Origin: Candidatus Sifarchaeum subterraneum | GTDB lineage: Archaea > Asgardarchaeota > Sifarchaeia > Sifarchaeales > Sifarchaeaceae | NCBI GenBank assembly: GCA_016292335.1 | Contig: JAECRX010000167.1 | Location: 1 to 5,286 of the forward strand | Direction of reading: 5' to 3' | DNA length: 5,286 bases | Part shown: positions 3,481 through 5,286 of the stretch, one piece after another | How the letters are laid out: each line of letters begins with the position of its first letter | Numbering within the stretch: the stretch's first letter is position 1 | Notes under the pieces: model-generated | Database searches by the model: none | What the model was told of the DNA's origin: nothing | The model's input: the letters and a program-made list of their open reading frames with translations, nothing else | Program-made: the position numbers and the translations under genes

Positions 3481-5286
3481 ATGGAGCTGAAGAGTGAGAA
3501 CTTCGTAGAAAAAATCTTTGGCCTACTTATCATTTCTTTAGCTTTTTTAGTTAGATTTCTCAATGTCTATCGATTTCCTTTATTTAATTATGGTTTCGAA
3601 CCATGGTTTTACTGGAGGCTTACGCATTTATTTTTAGAGAACAAAATTGATTTGTTCGACCTTCATCAAAAATATGAAGAGAAACCTGCCTTTTATGTTC
3701 TTATGGTCTCTATTATCTTATTTTTTGGATTTCCAGTTTTTGATATATTCCGATATTTGCCTATCTTCATCGGAACTTTCGCTGTTTCTTCAATGTTTCT
3801 CCTGGCAAGGAATGTGTTAAAAAACAAAAAACAAGTAATCTTTTCGGGAATCTTCCTGTCAGCGGTAGCAGATTTTTTTATCTCTTCAACAGATCAGTAT
3901 CAACCAGAGTGCTTGGGACTTTTATTCATTTCGATTTTTTTCTACTTTTGGTCTAAGTTCTCTTTAAATAAGAGCAAAAAGATGCCAAAGAATTTCATAT
4001 TGGCTATTTTATTTTTCTTTCTACTTTGTTTAACCGATAACCTAGGATCGGGACTTTTATCATCAACAATAATCTTGATCTGTCTTTTTATGGTTTTATT
4101 TAGGATTTATGACATATCATCTGCTTTTTTATGCCTGATTTCAACGATATTTTTTCTATTTTTTTCTGGATTTTTATTCACGCTTTCTATACAATTAGTG
4201 GTTTTAATTTTCACTTTACCCTCTTTGATAATGCTTATATCTTTTTTAGGTGGCTCAAAAAAGCAAAATCGGAGAAAAATTGAATTTATAAACAATTTTG
4301 CGACTAAAAGAAAAATTTTCTTTGTTTGGATTTGTGGCAACGTGATTATGATTCTTCTAATCCCTTCAATTGTTTCTCAAACTAACTTTTCAATATATTT
4401 TTCAAAATTCACCGAGGGAAATTTTTGGTTGTGGGTTTTTTATAAAATTGCTCCAAAATTCTTTCTACTTTCGTTTGGTGGGTTAGGTTGTATATTATGG
4501 TTAGAAAAGCTCAAGAAACCCTCTTTTGATTTTGTAGTATTTTGTTGGGGTTTAGTATTATTATGCTTATTCATGTTTTTTGCTTTGTATTTTGTTGGTT
4601 CTCCAAAAATTTCTGATTTATTGTTTTCTCTTCCAATATATCGAGCAAGAACTTGGTTATTGAGAATCCTTCCTTTTCTTTTTCAACCATTATGTCTAAT
4701 CGCTGGATTTGGTTTTATACGATTTTTTGATTTTTTGGAAAGATCCTTCAATAAAAGAATCGTCCTTCTATTCTCAATGGTATTATTAATTTTAATGAGC
4801 TTTTTTGGAATCAGGGGGGCTTTTCCAACACCTGATGAAGGGGCATTGACATCGGAACAACAAGATTCGACAGAATATAATGTCGTTTTATGGATAAAAA
4901 GTAATTTTCCAGACAAGTCAATTATTTTGCTCGATTATAAATGGGTTTACATTGTTTTAAGTGTTTATGGGGATGATGGGATTGAGGGCTCAATTGCAGT
5001 TTCAAAAGAGAGGCGAATATCCATTTTCACATTTTCAGAGTTTTATTATCCCGAAAACTTCGATTGGTTAACCTCTGACCGAATACCTGGTTTTAAGTGG
5101 CATCAAAGCGAAATAAACTTCGAAAATTGTTTCATACTTTTAGATGATTCTTTAACCACTCATGGAATATATAGTCATATACAACTGAGCAGGCCAATCC
5201 ATCAGAATGAACTGGAAAACTATTCTAAAACAACTTTTTTGTTTCAGATTTATAAAACCGAAGACGCGCGGATATACGCAGTTTTA
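3481..5286 (+). CDS. STT3/AglB-like GT-C fold membrane glycosyltransferase (oligosaccharyltransferase homolog), 3' end beyond the window
   Basis: My hand translation gives ATG at 3481 and 602 sense codons to the window end with no stop. An in-frame TAA at 3448-3450 bounds the 5' side. There are many hydrophobic helix-length segments through ~aa 440, followed by a soluble tail. Motifs at STT3-like positions: FEPWFYWR (compare DPYFNYR), SSTDQYQPECLGLLF (compare GSYDNEGIAIF), and EYNVVLWIKSNFPDKSIILLDYKWVY (compare ...WL..NTP....VLSWWDYGY). It is not in the ORF track because it is open-ended. Confidence 0.85.
   Translation, partial: MELKSENFVEKIFGLLIISLAFLVRFLNVYRFPLFNYGFEPWFYWRLTHLFLENKIDLFDLHQKYEEKPAFYVLMVSIILFFGFPVFDIFRYLPIFIGTFAVSSMFLLARNVLKNKKQVIFSGIFLSAVADFFISSTDQYQPECLGLLFISIFFYFWSKFSLNKSKKMPKNFILAILFFFLLCLTDNLGSGLLSSTIILICLFMVLFRIYDISSAFLCLISTIFFLFFSGFLFTLSIQLVVLIFTLPSLIMLISFLGGSKKQNRRKIEFINNFATKRKIFFVWICGNVIMILLIPSIVSQTNFSIYFSKFTEGNFWLWVFYKIAPKFFLLSFGGLGCILWLEKLKKPSFDFVVFCWGLVLLCLFMFFALYFVGSPKISDLLFSLPIYRARTWLLRILPFLFQPLCLIAGFGFIRFFDFLERSFNKRIVLLFSMVLLILMSFFGIRGAFPTPDEGALTSEQQDSTEYNVVLWIKSNFPDKSIILLDYKWVYIVLSVYGDDGIEGSIAVSKERRISIFTFSEFYYPENFDWLTSDRIPGFKWHQSEINFENCFILLDDSLTTHGIYSHIQLSRPIHQNELENYSKTTFLFQIYKTEDARIYAVL

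Noticed and set aside
4107-4916. Two 77-aa - strand ORFs (4107-4340, 4683-4916)
   Set aside because: Both are antisense to, and fully contained in, the 602-codon STT3-like frame. Their Lys/Asn/Ile-rich translations are typical of antisense AT-rich coding DNA.
1-5286. CRISPR arrays, IS elements or transposase genes, prophage or defence-system genes
   Set aside because: No regularly spaced direct repeats and no ORFs with nuclease, transposase or integrase-like translations were found on either strand.

Overview
AT-rich, archaeal-looking window in which stable-RNA genes stand out as GC-richer islands. Layout: (1) 1-234 (-), the start of a small two-helix membrane protein, open at the window edge. 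(2) 263-1381 (-), a 372-aa membrane-anchored protein that I recognise as the archaeal DUF1512 type. (3) ~1413-1925, a ~0.5 kb GC-enriched, heavily self-complementary region with no convincing coding signal. I treat it as a candidate structured ncRNA of unresolved identity; it has RNase P RNA-like sequence blocks but no canonical CR-I. (4) ~1930-2750, an AT-rich stretch with no ATG ORF in the track, hiding a 93-codon stop-free frame that ends in a CxxC...CxxC zinc-ribbon peptide (-). (5) 2760-3014 (-), a 255-nt tRNA gene that reduces to a canonical 76-nt cloverleaf only after removing three bulge-helix-bulge introns (D-loop, D-arm/anticodon-stem junction, T-loop), with an encoded CCA. (6) 3206-3333 (-), a 5S rRNA with a well-placed TATA box. 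(7) 3481-5286 (+), a 602-codon multi-pass membrane ORF open at the window end and so absent from the ORF track. It carries STT3/AglB-like motifs with substitutions at signature positions. No CRISPR array, transposase or obvious mobile element was seen. The most interesting items are the multi-intron tRNA with its large structured intron and the unassigned structured RNA island.
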